From: an uncultured Deinococcales bacterium
Lineage (GTDB): Bacteria > Deinococcota > Deinococci > Deinococcales > JAAFIG01
Length of the DNA: 19,227 nt
Direction: 5' to 3'
Assembly: GCA_964247135.1 (NCBI GenBank)
Contig: CAXTTL010000077.1
Span: 1 to 19,227 of the forward strand
In this document: in pieces, positions 1-7,816 of the stretch
How positions within the stretch are numbered: the first letter of the stretch is position 1
How the letters are laid out: the number at the start of each line of letters is the position of its first letter
The notes under the pieces: model-generated
The model's input: only the letters and a program-made list of their open reading frames with translations
Told to the model about the DNA's origin: nothing
Databases searched by the model: none
Made by a program: the position numbers and the translations under genes

Positions 1-103
1 CCCGTTAGGTGCATCTTATGGTCAAGACAGGTGCTGCTTTAAGGGTCAAGAAGCGCGTCAACGGATATGCAAGGCGCTGTAGAGGCTAAAACAAGATCGG
101 TTC

Positions 104-127
104 CGAATTTGAGTCGGCTCAGATTCG
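104..127 (-). terminator. Possible terminator hairpin after the 132..1613 gene
   Basis: CGAATTTGAG-tcgg-CTCAGATTCG, 10-bp arms with 1 mismatch, 4 nt past the stop; U-tract weak. Confidence 0.3.
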
Positions 128-131
128 AGTT

Positions 132-1613
132 TCAATCTTTTGGTGAACTACTCGAACCTCGGGCTTTCAAAAGTTTCTCGAGCGTTCCTGACGGCATCAA
201 GCTGAGTATCAAAATCAGACCGATCATGCTGAAAAAGAGTCCCGCGTTGCCAACATTTAAAAAACACAGTGGCGCGAGCGCACTGAAGGCAACGGGCAGG
301 GCAAACTCGAGTCCGAGGGCGAGCACCGCCAGAACAATCGCAAGAATCGCGCCGAGCCAGCCTGCAACTGCGGGCGAGGTGTAGCCAAGCAACATGGCGT
401 TGACGGCAAAGCCAAAACCAAAGCCAAGCACCGCCAGCAACACCCGTGAAGGCTCGAGCTTCCAATGGCGCCGCCAGGCGAAGGCGATCACCCAGGCGAT
501 CATGATTAAAACTGCAAGTGGCGCAAAGCTAAAGACTTTGGTCAAGGTTTCGCGCAAACTGCCTTCAGGGAAGCTTAAAACCACACTTTGCGAGGTGATG
601 ACGTTTGAGAGTTTCCACTCGAGCGTGCCGTTTTGAGTGGTCGGGTACAGGCTGCCGCGCAAGAATTTGACGGCTCTCGGGGCGCTGACGTTCAGTTTGA
701 AATTGCGAATCGGCTCGCGCCGAGCGCCAAAATCGTAATTCCAAGTTTGAGCGCCCTGATTGCGGTATTTCACAGCAATTTCAACTTTTTGCTTGCCCGC
801 CACATCACCTTCCCAGACATAACCTTGGCTGAGGTCAGATTGCGTGACCACAACCCCGTTCACTTTCATCTCGAAGTCCGAGAGCGTGCCGGAACCGTCG
901 GGCAGCGGAAAAGTAAAACGCAACTTGGTGGGTTTCTCGAGCGGGTTGGTGAACGTGTATTTGCCACTAAAATTGGCGCGGTAATACGAACGTCCCGCGC
1001 CGATGTCACCAAAATCAAAATTGACGGCGACCTCGGCATTCTCGAGCGCCACGGGAAGGCGTTGGATCACCTCGAGGGTACGGGTGTACAACAGGGCACC
1101 AGCTTTTTTCACGAACGAATCGTCGACCTTGCGTACAAATTGGCTGTTCGGATCGTTGTTGATGTACGGCGCGAGGGCTTGGGCGGGATCGTTGCCGAGT
1201 CGTTTGGCAATGTCTGGCGGCAGGGCAAAGGTGCGGGTATAGCTGATGGTGTTGTCGTAACTGACGCTTGGACTGTACTGCACGGTTTGCCCACCGCTCG
1301 GGTCTTCGCGGCTGGAATACTGGGCGTTTTGCTGGTTCGAGAACCTCAAACCCACGGCTTGGCGGGCAATGCCCAAACCCACGGCAACCGCAAACACCGC
1401 CAACAGTACCGGCAACCAAACCAAGCTCGAGCGCAAATAATTCCAAAGCCAATCCCTGGTTTTGGCAAAAGCTTCGCGGTCAATGGCGTACAAGACCAAA
1501 CTGGCAATCAAAAGCACCGCCAGGACGATCAACAACACCAGCAAGATTGGGATCAGAAGCGCGATCAAGCTCGAGAGGGAATCGTTTAGCCAACGCAATG
1601 TGCTTTGCACCAT
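132..1613 (-). CDS. Multi-pass membrane protein with large extracytoplasmic domain (loosely CreD-like), 493 aa
   Basis: Long ORF; two N-terminal hydrophobic helices, a ~270-aa beta-rich soluble region (YRANFSGKYTFTNP...FTFPLP), several C-terminal TM helices; GGAGG SD at 1622-1626. CreD resemblance is from architecture only. Confidence 0.75.
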   Translation of the reverse strand: MVQSTLRWLNDSLSSLIALLIPILLVLLIVLAVLLIASLVLYAIDREAFAKTRDWLWNYLRSSLVWLPVLLAVFAVAVGLGIARQAVGLRFSNQQNAQYSSREDPSGGQTVQYSPSVSYDNTISYTRTFALPPDIAKRLGNDPAQALAPYINNDPNSQFVRKVDDSFVKKAGALLYTRTLEVIQRLPVALENAEVAVNFDFGDIGAGRSYYRANFSGKYTFTNPLEKPTKLRFTFPLPDGSGTLSDFEMKVNGVVVTQSDLSQGYVWEGDVAGKQKVEIAVKYRNQGAQTWNYDFGARREPIRNFKLNVSAPRAVKFLRGSLYPTTQNGTLEWKLSNVITSQSVVLSFPEGSLRETLTKVFSFAPLAVLIMIAWVIAFAWRRHWKLEPSRVLLAVLGFGFGFAVNAMLLGYTSPAVAGWLGAILAIVLAVLALGLEFALPVAFSALAPLCFLNVGNAGLFFSMIGLILILSLMPSGTLEKLLKARGSSSSPKD

Positions 1614-1696
1614 AAAGTGTGCCTCCGTAAATTCAGGATACGGAGATTTGTAAGTTTTGATGAGAATACGGCTTTCACGAATTGTTCATGCAAACT

Positions 1697-2881
1697 TTAA
1701 TCGATCAGCTCGACAACGTCCTCGAGTTCGATGCCGTCGTCAAATTCAAAAGCAATCAGTGGCATGTTGATGTAAAAAATCGCGCCCTGACCGCGTTCAG
1801 ATTCAGCCCAGATTCGCCCGCCGTGTTGTTCGATGGCAAGTTTGCAAAACGCCAAACCCATGCCCGAATCAAAACGGGTGGTGTTGGTCAACCTCGAGCG
1901 TTCAAAATCGGCAAAGATTTTTTCGATGTCCTCGGCGGGGATACCCTCGCCGTCATCGCGCACGGTGATCTCCAGGAGTGCGTCTTTGGACCTGGCTTCG
2001 ACTTGAATCCGTCCCGCATCGCGGGTGTGTTTGACGGCGTTCGAGATCAGGTTGGCAAAAACGCGGCGCAAGACTTCGGGATCGGCATTAAAATCGGGCA
2101 GGGTTTTGGGCACGATAAAGCGCAAGTTACGGGTTTGACCCTGCATTCCGACATCACCGAGCGCCAGTTTCAGCACGTCCGCAAAATCGGTGGCGGTCAG
2201 GATTTTGCTGGTCAAATTCAGTTTGCCGTCACGCATTTTGCGGACATCCAAAATGTTGGCTGCCAGGTGCAGCAAATGCCGAGATTCGTCGAACGCCATT
2301 TGCAACAGGCTTGAAAGTTTGGTCGGAAGGAGCGCCTGGGTGTCCATGCGCACCAAATCCAGAGCGCCCATGACCGCCGCGATAGGGTTTTTCAGATCAT
2401 GCACCAACATGTGCGTGAGCCTGTCCTTCATGCGGTCATCCTCGAGCAACAAATCGTATTTGCTTTCAATGTTTTGCACGCGACTCAGGGTTTCACGGTG
2501 TTTTGATTTTGAGCGCATCGCCCCGTCCAAATGCGCCCGAAAACGTTGCCCATCGAGCGGTTCAATCTCGAAAGATTCCAAACCCGCCATGTAAAACGCG
2601 GTTGCCGTCTCGAGCGGACCAAGCCCGACAATCCAGGTGTGACGCATTTCTGGACGGCGCGACAGCAACGATGCCACTTCGGGCGCACTGAGCGAACCGT
2701 TCAGGTCGTAATGCACGATCACCAGGTCTGGGGCATTGTCGATGTTTAAAGTGTGCGTTTCGCCGAGCGCCGCTTCGGCGCTGCGGTACAACAGGCATTG
2801 GTAATCGCCCAGCATCAACTCGAGTTGATCTGTGACGACTGGGTTGCTGGAAACAATCAATGCGCGTGCCACTGTTCTCAT
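1697..2881 (-). CDS. Cytoplasmic histidine kinase with degenerate N-terminal receiver domain (pseudo-REC-HisKA-HATPase)
   Basis: H-box LVHDLKNP, N-box ANLISNAVKH, G1 DDGEGI, G2 GMGLAFC; N-terminus has a receiver-fold pattern (ALIVSS...PDLVIVH...EP); no TM segments. Confidence 0.9.
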   Translation of the reverse strand: MRTVARALIVSSNPVVTDQLELMLGDYQCLLYRSAEAALGETHTLNIDNAPDLVIVHYDLNGSLSAPEVASLLSRRPEMRHTWIVGLGPLETATAFYMAGLESFEIEPLDGQRFRAHLDGAMRSKSKHRETLSRVQNIESKYDLLLEDDRMKDRLTHMLVHDLKNPIAAVMGALDLVRMDTQALLPTKLSSLLQMAFDESRHLLHLAANILDVRKMRDGKLNLTSKILTATDFADVLKLALGDVGMQGQTRNLRFIVPKTLPDFNADPEVLRRVFANLISNAVKHTRDAGRIQVEARSKDALLEITVRDDGEGIPAEDIEKIFADFERSRLTNTTRFDSGMGLAFCKLAIEQHGGRIWAESERGQGAIFYINMPLIAFEFDDGIELEDVVELID

Positions 2882-2971
2882 CCTAACTCATCTTTTAAAA
2901 CCCGAAAGGTGAATTTCGACATTCTTTCAAAAGGCAGCATTCCTGACGTGCTGATTCGAGTCAACTCGAGA

Positions 2972-2977
2972 TAGAAT
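2972..2977 (+). promoter_or_regulatory. -10 element of leaderless azlC promoter
   Basis: TAGAAT 5 nt before GTG 2983; no SD. Confidence 0.6.
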
Positions 2978-2982
2978 CGATT

Positions 2983-3693
2983 GTGAAATTTTCAGTGTTC
3001 GCTCGAGGTTTCCGAGCCATGTTCCCGATTTACCTTGGTGTGATCCCGTTCGCCCTGGCATACGCCGTGACCGCTCGGGCGGCGGGTTTGAGCGTGCTCG
3101 AGACGTGTTTGATGAGCGTGCTGGTCTTCGCTGGTGCGAGTCAGTTTTCGGCGGCGGGCGCTTTTGCCGGTGGCGCGGGTGGTTTGACCATTGTCTTCAC
3201 CACGTTTTTACTCAACGTTCGGCATCTGCTGTACGGCTTATCGCTTGGGCGCGAAATCAAACTTTCCAATTCACAACGCGTGTTCAGCGCGTATTTTTTA
3301 ACCGACGAGGCTTACGGCGTGGTCATGGCGAGCGGTGAACGCAGTTTTGATTTCTTGCTCGGTTGCGAACTCAGTTTGTTCGTGTCCTGGAATATTTTTA
3401 CGCTTGTTGGGGCAGTCGCGGGTTCGATCATTAGTGATCCTGCAAAACTGGGCGTCGATTTTATTTTTCCATTGTCGTTCACGGCGCTTATCGTGCCATT
3501 GCTGCGCTCGAGAAATGATTTGGTCGTGGCTGTCATTTCTGGGGTTCTGGCATTGGTTTTTTCTAAAGTGTTACCTGGAGGTTTTTCCATTTTTGCCACC
3601 GGCGTCATCGGTAGCTTGCTCGGCGCGTGGTTGACCCGTTCCGAACCACCTGAACTTCCGAATTTCGAGGACAATACCAGGGAAGTCGCATGA
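2983..3693 (+). CDS. azlC: AzlC family branched-chain amino acid exporter permease
   Basis: Motifs MSVLVFAGASQF, LLNVRHLLYG, LTDEAYG, GVDFIFP; hydrophobic. Confidence 0.93.
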   Translation: MKFSVFARGFRAMFPIYLGVIPFALAYAVTARAAGLSVLETCLMSVLVFAGASQFSAAGAFAGGAGGLTIVFTTFLLNVRHLLYGLSLGREIKLSNSQRVFSAYFLTDEAYGVVMASGERSFDFLLGCELSLFVSWNIFTLVGAVAGSIISDPAKLGVDFIFPLSFTALIVPLLRSRNDLVVAVISGVLALVFSKVLPGGFSIFATGVIGSLLGAWLTRSEPPELPNFEDNTREVA

Positions 3694-4004
3694 GTTTGCG
3701 CCTCGAGATTCTGTTGGTGTTTCTTGGCATGTGCGCGGTGACGTTCGGCTCGAGGTTGGCGGGTTTGATGTTGCGTGCACCGTTGCCGCCGTTTTGGTTG
3801 CGGTTCTTGCGGTTTGTGCCAATCTCGGTGTTTGCCGCACTTATTATTCCCGCCATTCCTGGCGATCAAGGCGAAAGCACGATTCGTATCGTTGCTGCCG
3901 TACTTGCCGCGTTCGTGGCGTGGCGCACTCGAGTCTTGTGGCTGACGGTGTTGGTCGGTTTTGGCACATTTTGGGTTTTTAAATTTTTCGGCGTTCACGT
4001 TTGA
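3690..4004 (+). CDS. azlD: AzlD domain membrane protein
   Basis: ATGA overlap with azlC; GMCAVTFGSR...LRFVPISVFAALIIP pattern; small hydrophobic protein. Confidence 0.9.
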   Translation: MSLRLEILLVFLGMCAVTFGSRLAGLMLRAPLPPFWLRFLRFVPISVFAALIIPAIPGDQGESTIRIVAAVLAAFVAWRTRVLWLTVLVGFGTFWVFKFFGVHV

Positions 4005-4029
4005 TAAAAATACGTTCGTATTGTAATCT
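4001..4029 (+). promoter_or_regulatory. Sigma70-type leaderless promoter of the TetR gene with palindromic operator in the spacer
   Basis: TTGATA(4001-4006)-17 nt-TAATCT(4024-4029), 6 nt before GTG 4036; inverted repeat AATACG-TT-CGTATT at 4009-4022. Confidence 0.7.
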
Positions 4030-4035
4030 TTTGGT

Positions 4036-4623
4036 GTGCGAACCTCGAGCCAGCGCCAACCCATTCTTGAACGCGCCGTTCAACTCGCGTCCGTGCATGG
4101 TTTAAACGGTTTAACCATCGGTTCGCTCGCCGAACATGTCAGCATGAGCAAAGGCGGCATCTCGGCGCATTTTAAATCCAAAACCGCCCTGCAACTCGAG
4201 GTTGTGAAAAGCGCCAGCGAACTGATGATTGTGCATGTCATCACTCCTGCCCGTAAAAAATCGGCTGGGTTGGCGCGTTTAAAAGCCTTCGATGCCGCCT
4301 GGTGGAAGTACCTCGAGGGTCGGGTTTTTGAGGGCGGTTGTTTTTTTACCAACGCCATTCTCGAGCTTGACGACCTTGAAAATGATGAGGTGGCGGCAGC
4401 CGTGCGCGAGAATTATCAACGCCTGATTGCTTACCTGGAATCTGAAACCAAAACCGCCAAACAACAAGCCGAATTGCAATCCGACCTGAACGTTTCAAGC
4501 TTTGTGCTCGAGTTTATGTCATTGCGTTTTGGCGCCATCATTTACCGCAGTCTTGGCATTCAAAACGGCGTGTCAATGGCAAAAAAGGCGGTGAAAGCTT
4601 TGATCACTCGAGCATCAGTATAA
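4036..4623 (+). CDS. TetR/AcrR family transcriptional regulator
   Basis: N-terminal HTH ILERAVQL...GLTIGSLAEHVSMSKGGISAHFKSKTAL; C-terminal GGCFF motif. Confidence 0.93.
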   Translation: MRTSSQRQPILERAVQLASVHGLNGLTIGSLAEHVSMSKGGISAHFKSKTALQLEVVKSASELMIVHVITPARKKSAGLARLKAFDAAWWKYLEGRVFEGGCFFTNAILELDDLENDEVAAAVRENYQRLIAYLESETKTAKQQAELQSDLNVSSFVLEFMSLRFGAIIYRSLGIQNGVSMAKKAVKALITRASV

Positions 4624-4642
4624 TTTTTGCATTTTTAAAAAC

Positions 4643-4654
4643 ACGAACGTTCGT
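4643..4654. promoter_or_regulatory. Putative TetR operator upstream of dinB-family gene
   Basis: Perfect 12-bp palindrome ACGAACGTTCGT flanked by A-run/T-run, just before GGAGG SD (4663-4667). Confidence 0.65.
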
Positions 4655-4671
4655 CTTTTATTGGAGGATTC

Positions 4672-5214
4672 ATGCACACCAAATCAGAAATCATCGCCGC
4701 GTTAGAAATTCAGAAACTCGAGATTCCAGCTTTTTTAGAAAACATTCCCAGCGAACAATTTTTTGATGGCTCGAGCGAACGCTGGTCGGTGGGATACCAC
4801 GTTCAGCACATCACCAGCGCCGTGAATCGGGTGGCAGGAGGCTTGTTGAACGCTGGCGTGCTGCCAAAACGCGAACCCGCCACCGCCTCGAGAGACTTTG
4901 CCACCATGCGAGAATTCTATTTGGAAACCCTCAAGAACACGCCCAGCGAAACTTTGCGGCAACTTGGCAGCCGTGTCACGCTCGAGGAGCACACAGATTT
5001 GGAAGCTTACAAAACCCAGTTGATCTCAAACTTTGAAAATGCAATTACCAATTTCAACAACGCACTCGAGCATTTTGACGAAACCAACCTCGAGAACCTG
5101 GGAATGCCGCACCCTGTCATGGGCTTGCTCTCGAGCCGAGAGATGGTGTTTTTTATCGTTTATCACAACACGCACCATCAAAACGGAATCAAGAACTTGC
5201 TCGAGAAAATTTAA
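4672..5214 (+). CDS. DinB/YfiT family metal-binding four-helix-bundle protein
   Basis: WSVGYHVQHI and PHPVMGLLSSREM..FIVYHNTHH His-triad pattern; GGAGG SD. Confidence 0.88.
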   Translation: MHTKSEIIAALEIQKLEIPAFLENIPSEQFFDGSSERWSVGYHVQHITSAVNRVAGGLLNAGVLPKREPATASRDFATMREFYLETLKNTPSETLRQLGSRVTLEEHTDLEAYKTQLISNFENAITNFNNALEHFDETNLENLGMPHPVMGLLSSREMVFFIVYHNTHHQNGIKNLLEKI

Positions 5215-5855
5215 AGAGCCGCAAGCTTGTTCGCCAAATCCTCGAGCGAATCCAATTGCAAACTGGCTCGAGCCACTTCTGGGCGTGTGGCGTGAATAAC
5301 CCCCCAAGGTCCACGCCGCACAAAAATCGCTTTCAAGCCAACCTCGAGCGCGGGGAGAATATCGTTGTCGAGTCGATCTCCGACGTAAGCAACCTCATGG
5401 GCTTCGAGCGCGGTGATCTCGAGAATCTTCTGAAAAAATCGCGGGTCTGGTTTTTCGATTCCCCACGAACTCGAGCTGGCAATGTAATCCACAGGCAAGC
5501 CGTAACTTGTTAATAACGCCTCGGCTCGAGCGGGTTGATTGCCACTGAGTCCAACTTTGAACCCTCGAGATTTTAAGGCTTGCAAGCACGGAATCGCGTC
5601 AGGGTAAAAATCTGAAAGCTGCATTTCGTCTGGGATGCCCAATTTTTGCCGCTCGAGGTTGGCGGTAGCACGTTCAAAACCTGGCTTGATCATCTCAAAA
5701 ACCTTGCTGTGATGCAGGTTTTGTGCGATGACCGCGCCCATTGCCGCGAAAAACGTGAACCGCGTCACACCCAAAAAATCTGCCCACAAACCCCACTGGC
5801 GTTCCTCGTTCACCAAGGTTTCGCCCACGTCAAAAAAAACAGCTTTGATGGTCAT
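5211..5855 (-). CDS. HAD-superfamily hydrolase
   Basis: Motif I FFDVGETL, motif II SGNQ, motif III EKPDP, motif IV VGDRLDND; -10 TAAAAT (5867-5862) 6 nt before ATG. Confidence 0.92.
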   Translation of the reverse strand: MTIKAVFFDVGETLVNEERQWGLWADFLGVTRFTFFAAMGAVIAQNLHHSKVFEMIKPGFERATANLERQKLGIPDEMQLSDFYPDAIPCLQALKSRGFKVGLSGNQPARAEALLTSYGLPVDYIASSSSWGIEKPDPRFFQKILEITALEAHEVAYVGDRLDNDILPALEVGLKAIFVRRGPWGVIHATRPEVARASLQLDSLEDLANKLAAL

Positions 5856-5951
5856 GACAGTATTTTACAGGCTCGAGTTTAAACCGAACGTTTCATGGCA
5901 ATTGAACGCGCTGCCAGAAGAGAAGAAATCAGTGGCGCAAATGGCGTTGTT

Positions 5952-6446
5952 TTAAGTAACGGAATCTCGAGTTTTGGTCATCAAATCAAGGCATAAGAAT
6001 TTGATTTGAAAGCCATGACGCTCGAGTTGAGAACGCCATTCGTGCCAATCGGTGTCGGTGGCGTTCAAAATGGTTGGATTGTTGATGCTGGCATTGGCAA
6101 CGCCAATATACACGTGGTCACTTGGGTCAAACCCACGTAAAGCAGCAGGAACTTCTGAGAAAGAATGCTCTTCAATCGTCAAAGACACAATCTCGCAATG
6201 TGCGGTATCACCTTGGTTGAGATACAACCAACGAAAAAACGAATCCCCCAAACCAGGTTGACCATGAAAACTGTTGTACCTTTGATATTGTCCAAAAATC
6301 AGACCAAAACTGTCCAGAACAACAATCTTTTCTCGAGCCGCTTCAAGTGCCGACACGCAATTCAGCACACAATTGGGTGTTGCTTGTTCGGTTTCTCGAG
6401 CGTTGGCAACGATCAAAACGTTGACATCAATGACAACTGCATTCAT
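5952..6446 (-). CDS. PIN-domain-like putative nuclease, 164 aa
   Basis: N-terminal VVIDVNVL strand, FDPSDHVYIGVA and NATDTDW acidic motifs match PIN-fold catalytic spacing; ATGA overlap with upstream ATPase. Confidence 0.7.
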   Translation of the reverse strand: MNAVVIDVNVLIVANARETEQATPNCVLNCVSALEAAREKIVVLDSFGLIFGQYQRYNSFHGQPGLGDSFFRWLYLNQGDTAHCEIVSLTIEEHSFSEVPAALRGFDPSDHVYIGVANASINNPTILNATDTDWHEWRSQLERHGFQIKFLCLDLMTKTRDSVT

Positions 6447-7738
6447 GAAGAAGAAAGTGCCTTTTTGCGTTCCATTGCCGCTTTGGTCATTGCTGCAATT
6501 TCGCCAAAATCATTGCCGAAAAAGTCTTTCGGGTAATTGCGAATGTTGCCGTACTCATCCATGTCCAGCATTGTTAGTTTCGATTCGCCTTTCTCGAGCG
6601 AACAAAAGTACAGGTTGACATCGGTGGGAGAAATGATTTCTTCCGCAATTCGCCGTTGCAAACGCCGCAACAAATGCTCACTGTGACTCTCGAGAATAAT
6701 TTGCACCCCACGTTTTTGGTACGCATCAATAAAAACATCCGCCAGCCCAGATTGCACACTTGGATGCAAATGCAGTTCGGGTTGCTCGAGCAGAATGGTA
6801 GAACCTTCGGGAACGTAATAGCACAGCACCAGCACGGGTAAAACTTGCGATACACCAAAGCCAACATCGGTCAGCGAAACTTCAGGAGATTCTGGTGTGC
6901 GACGAACCAAAACCCGAAAGATGTTTGTGCCTTCGCGGAGTTCCTCGAGCCTGAAACTGTCAATCAAACCAAGGTCTTGAAGTTTTTGCGCAATGTAATT
7001 CTCGAGTGGAATATCACCAACTTTGTTCCCACCAACTCGAGCGGCGAGAAGTGCTGCAACGGTGTTTTCGCCTTGTTTGCCTACGTCTGAAGGAGCAGCA
7101 CCAGACCATGAATAAGTAGCCTTTGGAAAATCCCGCAATGGTCCAAGATATTGGATACCCTTGAGCATGTACTCAAGACTTAACTCAATGGATGTGGTAT
7201 TTTTCTGAATTTGAAATTGTTCAGCAAGAAAACTAGCTGAAACTCTATGAAAATTTCGGGAGAGCGAGTGAATACGTTGAATCGTCTTGGAGTCATCTGT
7301 ATCTAGACTAAAATTTGGCGATCCAAATGATGTTTTCGTGCCATCCATTTCTAAGATATAATTGTTCGATTTAATATATAAAAGAGAGCTAAACTGTGAA
7401 ATTCCCACAGTAAATTTTAATTTGTCGGTTATTCCCTCATTGTTAAATGTAGAATTATCTTCCCAGTCAACCTCGAGTTTTAATGAAAGATTCAAATTAT
7501 TTCTAAAAATAGTTTCCTGGAACGATCTAAGTTGTGTTAGATGTTTTTCGGCATTATCTCCAAATTGAAGAACTTGCCCTCGATCTGAACTTTCCACTGT
7601 TTGTTTCATCAATAGCAACGCCTGCAACAAACTGCTTTTCCCACTGCTGTTCGTGCCAAAAAATCCTGTAATCGGCGCAAGTAGTGCGTTCACCTCACGC
7701 CAAGATTTAAAATTCCCGAGTTGCAAGGCTTTCAGCAT
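6443..7738 (-). CDS. ABC-type (AAA_15/AAA_21, DUF3696-like) ATPase
   Basis: LGNFKSW start, Walker A GTNSSGKS, YLGPLR, signature-like DVGFGVSQVLP, Walker B/D-loop LLEQPELHLHP, H-loop ESHSEH, C-terminal DEYGNIRNYPKDFF; -10 TAGAAT (7750-7745) 6 nt before ATG. Confidence 0.9.
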   Translation of the reverse strand: MLKALQLGNFKSWREVNALLAPITGFFGTNSSGKSSLLQALLLMKQTVESSDRGQVLQFGDNAEKHLTQLRSFQETIFRNNLNLSLKLEVDWEDNSTFNNEGITDKLKFTVGISQFSSLLYIKSNNYILEMDGTKTSFGSPNFSLDTDDSKTIQRIHSLSRNFHRVSASFLAEQFQIQKNTTSIELSLEYMLKGIQYLGPLRDFPKATYSWSGAAPSDVGKQGENTVAALLAARVGGNKVGDIPLENYIAQKLQDLGLIDSFRLEELREGTNIFRVLVRRTPESPEVSLTDVGFGVSQVLPVLVLCYYVPEGSTILLEQPELHLHPSVQSGLADVFIDAYQKRGVQIILESHSEHLLRRLQRRIAEEIISPTDVNLYFCSLEKGESKLTMLDMDEYGNIRNYPKDFFGNDFGEIAAMTKAAMERKKALSSS

Positions 7739-7766
7739 TCTGGCATTCTACCGCGCCTTCGATTCC

Positions 7767-7800
7767 AAACAAAAGGACGCTCGAGATCACCTCGAGCGTC
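7767..7800 (-). terminator. Rho-independent terminator of the DUF2330 gene built from two CTCGAG sites
   Basis: Perfect 10-bp stem GACGCTCGAG(7776-7785)/CTCGAGCGTC(7791-7800), 5-nt loop, followed on the minus strand by CTTTTGTTT; 16 nt after stop 7817. Confidence 0.8.
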
Positions 7801-7816
7801 ACCAAACCCCAAAATC

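Noticed and set aside
20-62. GGTCAAGA repeats (20, 44) and GTCAAC
   Set aside because: Could be -35-like or regulator sites for a gene outside the window, but spacing and target cannot be established
633-1589. 318-aa plus-strand ORF
   Set aside because: Fully antisense to the membrane-protein gene, with no recognisable motifs; shadow ORF
1682-2314. 210-aa plus-strand ORF
   Set aside because: Antisense to the clear histidine kinase
3312-4064. 250-aa minus-strand ORF
   Set aside because: Antisense to azlC/azlD; no motifs
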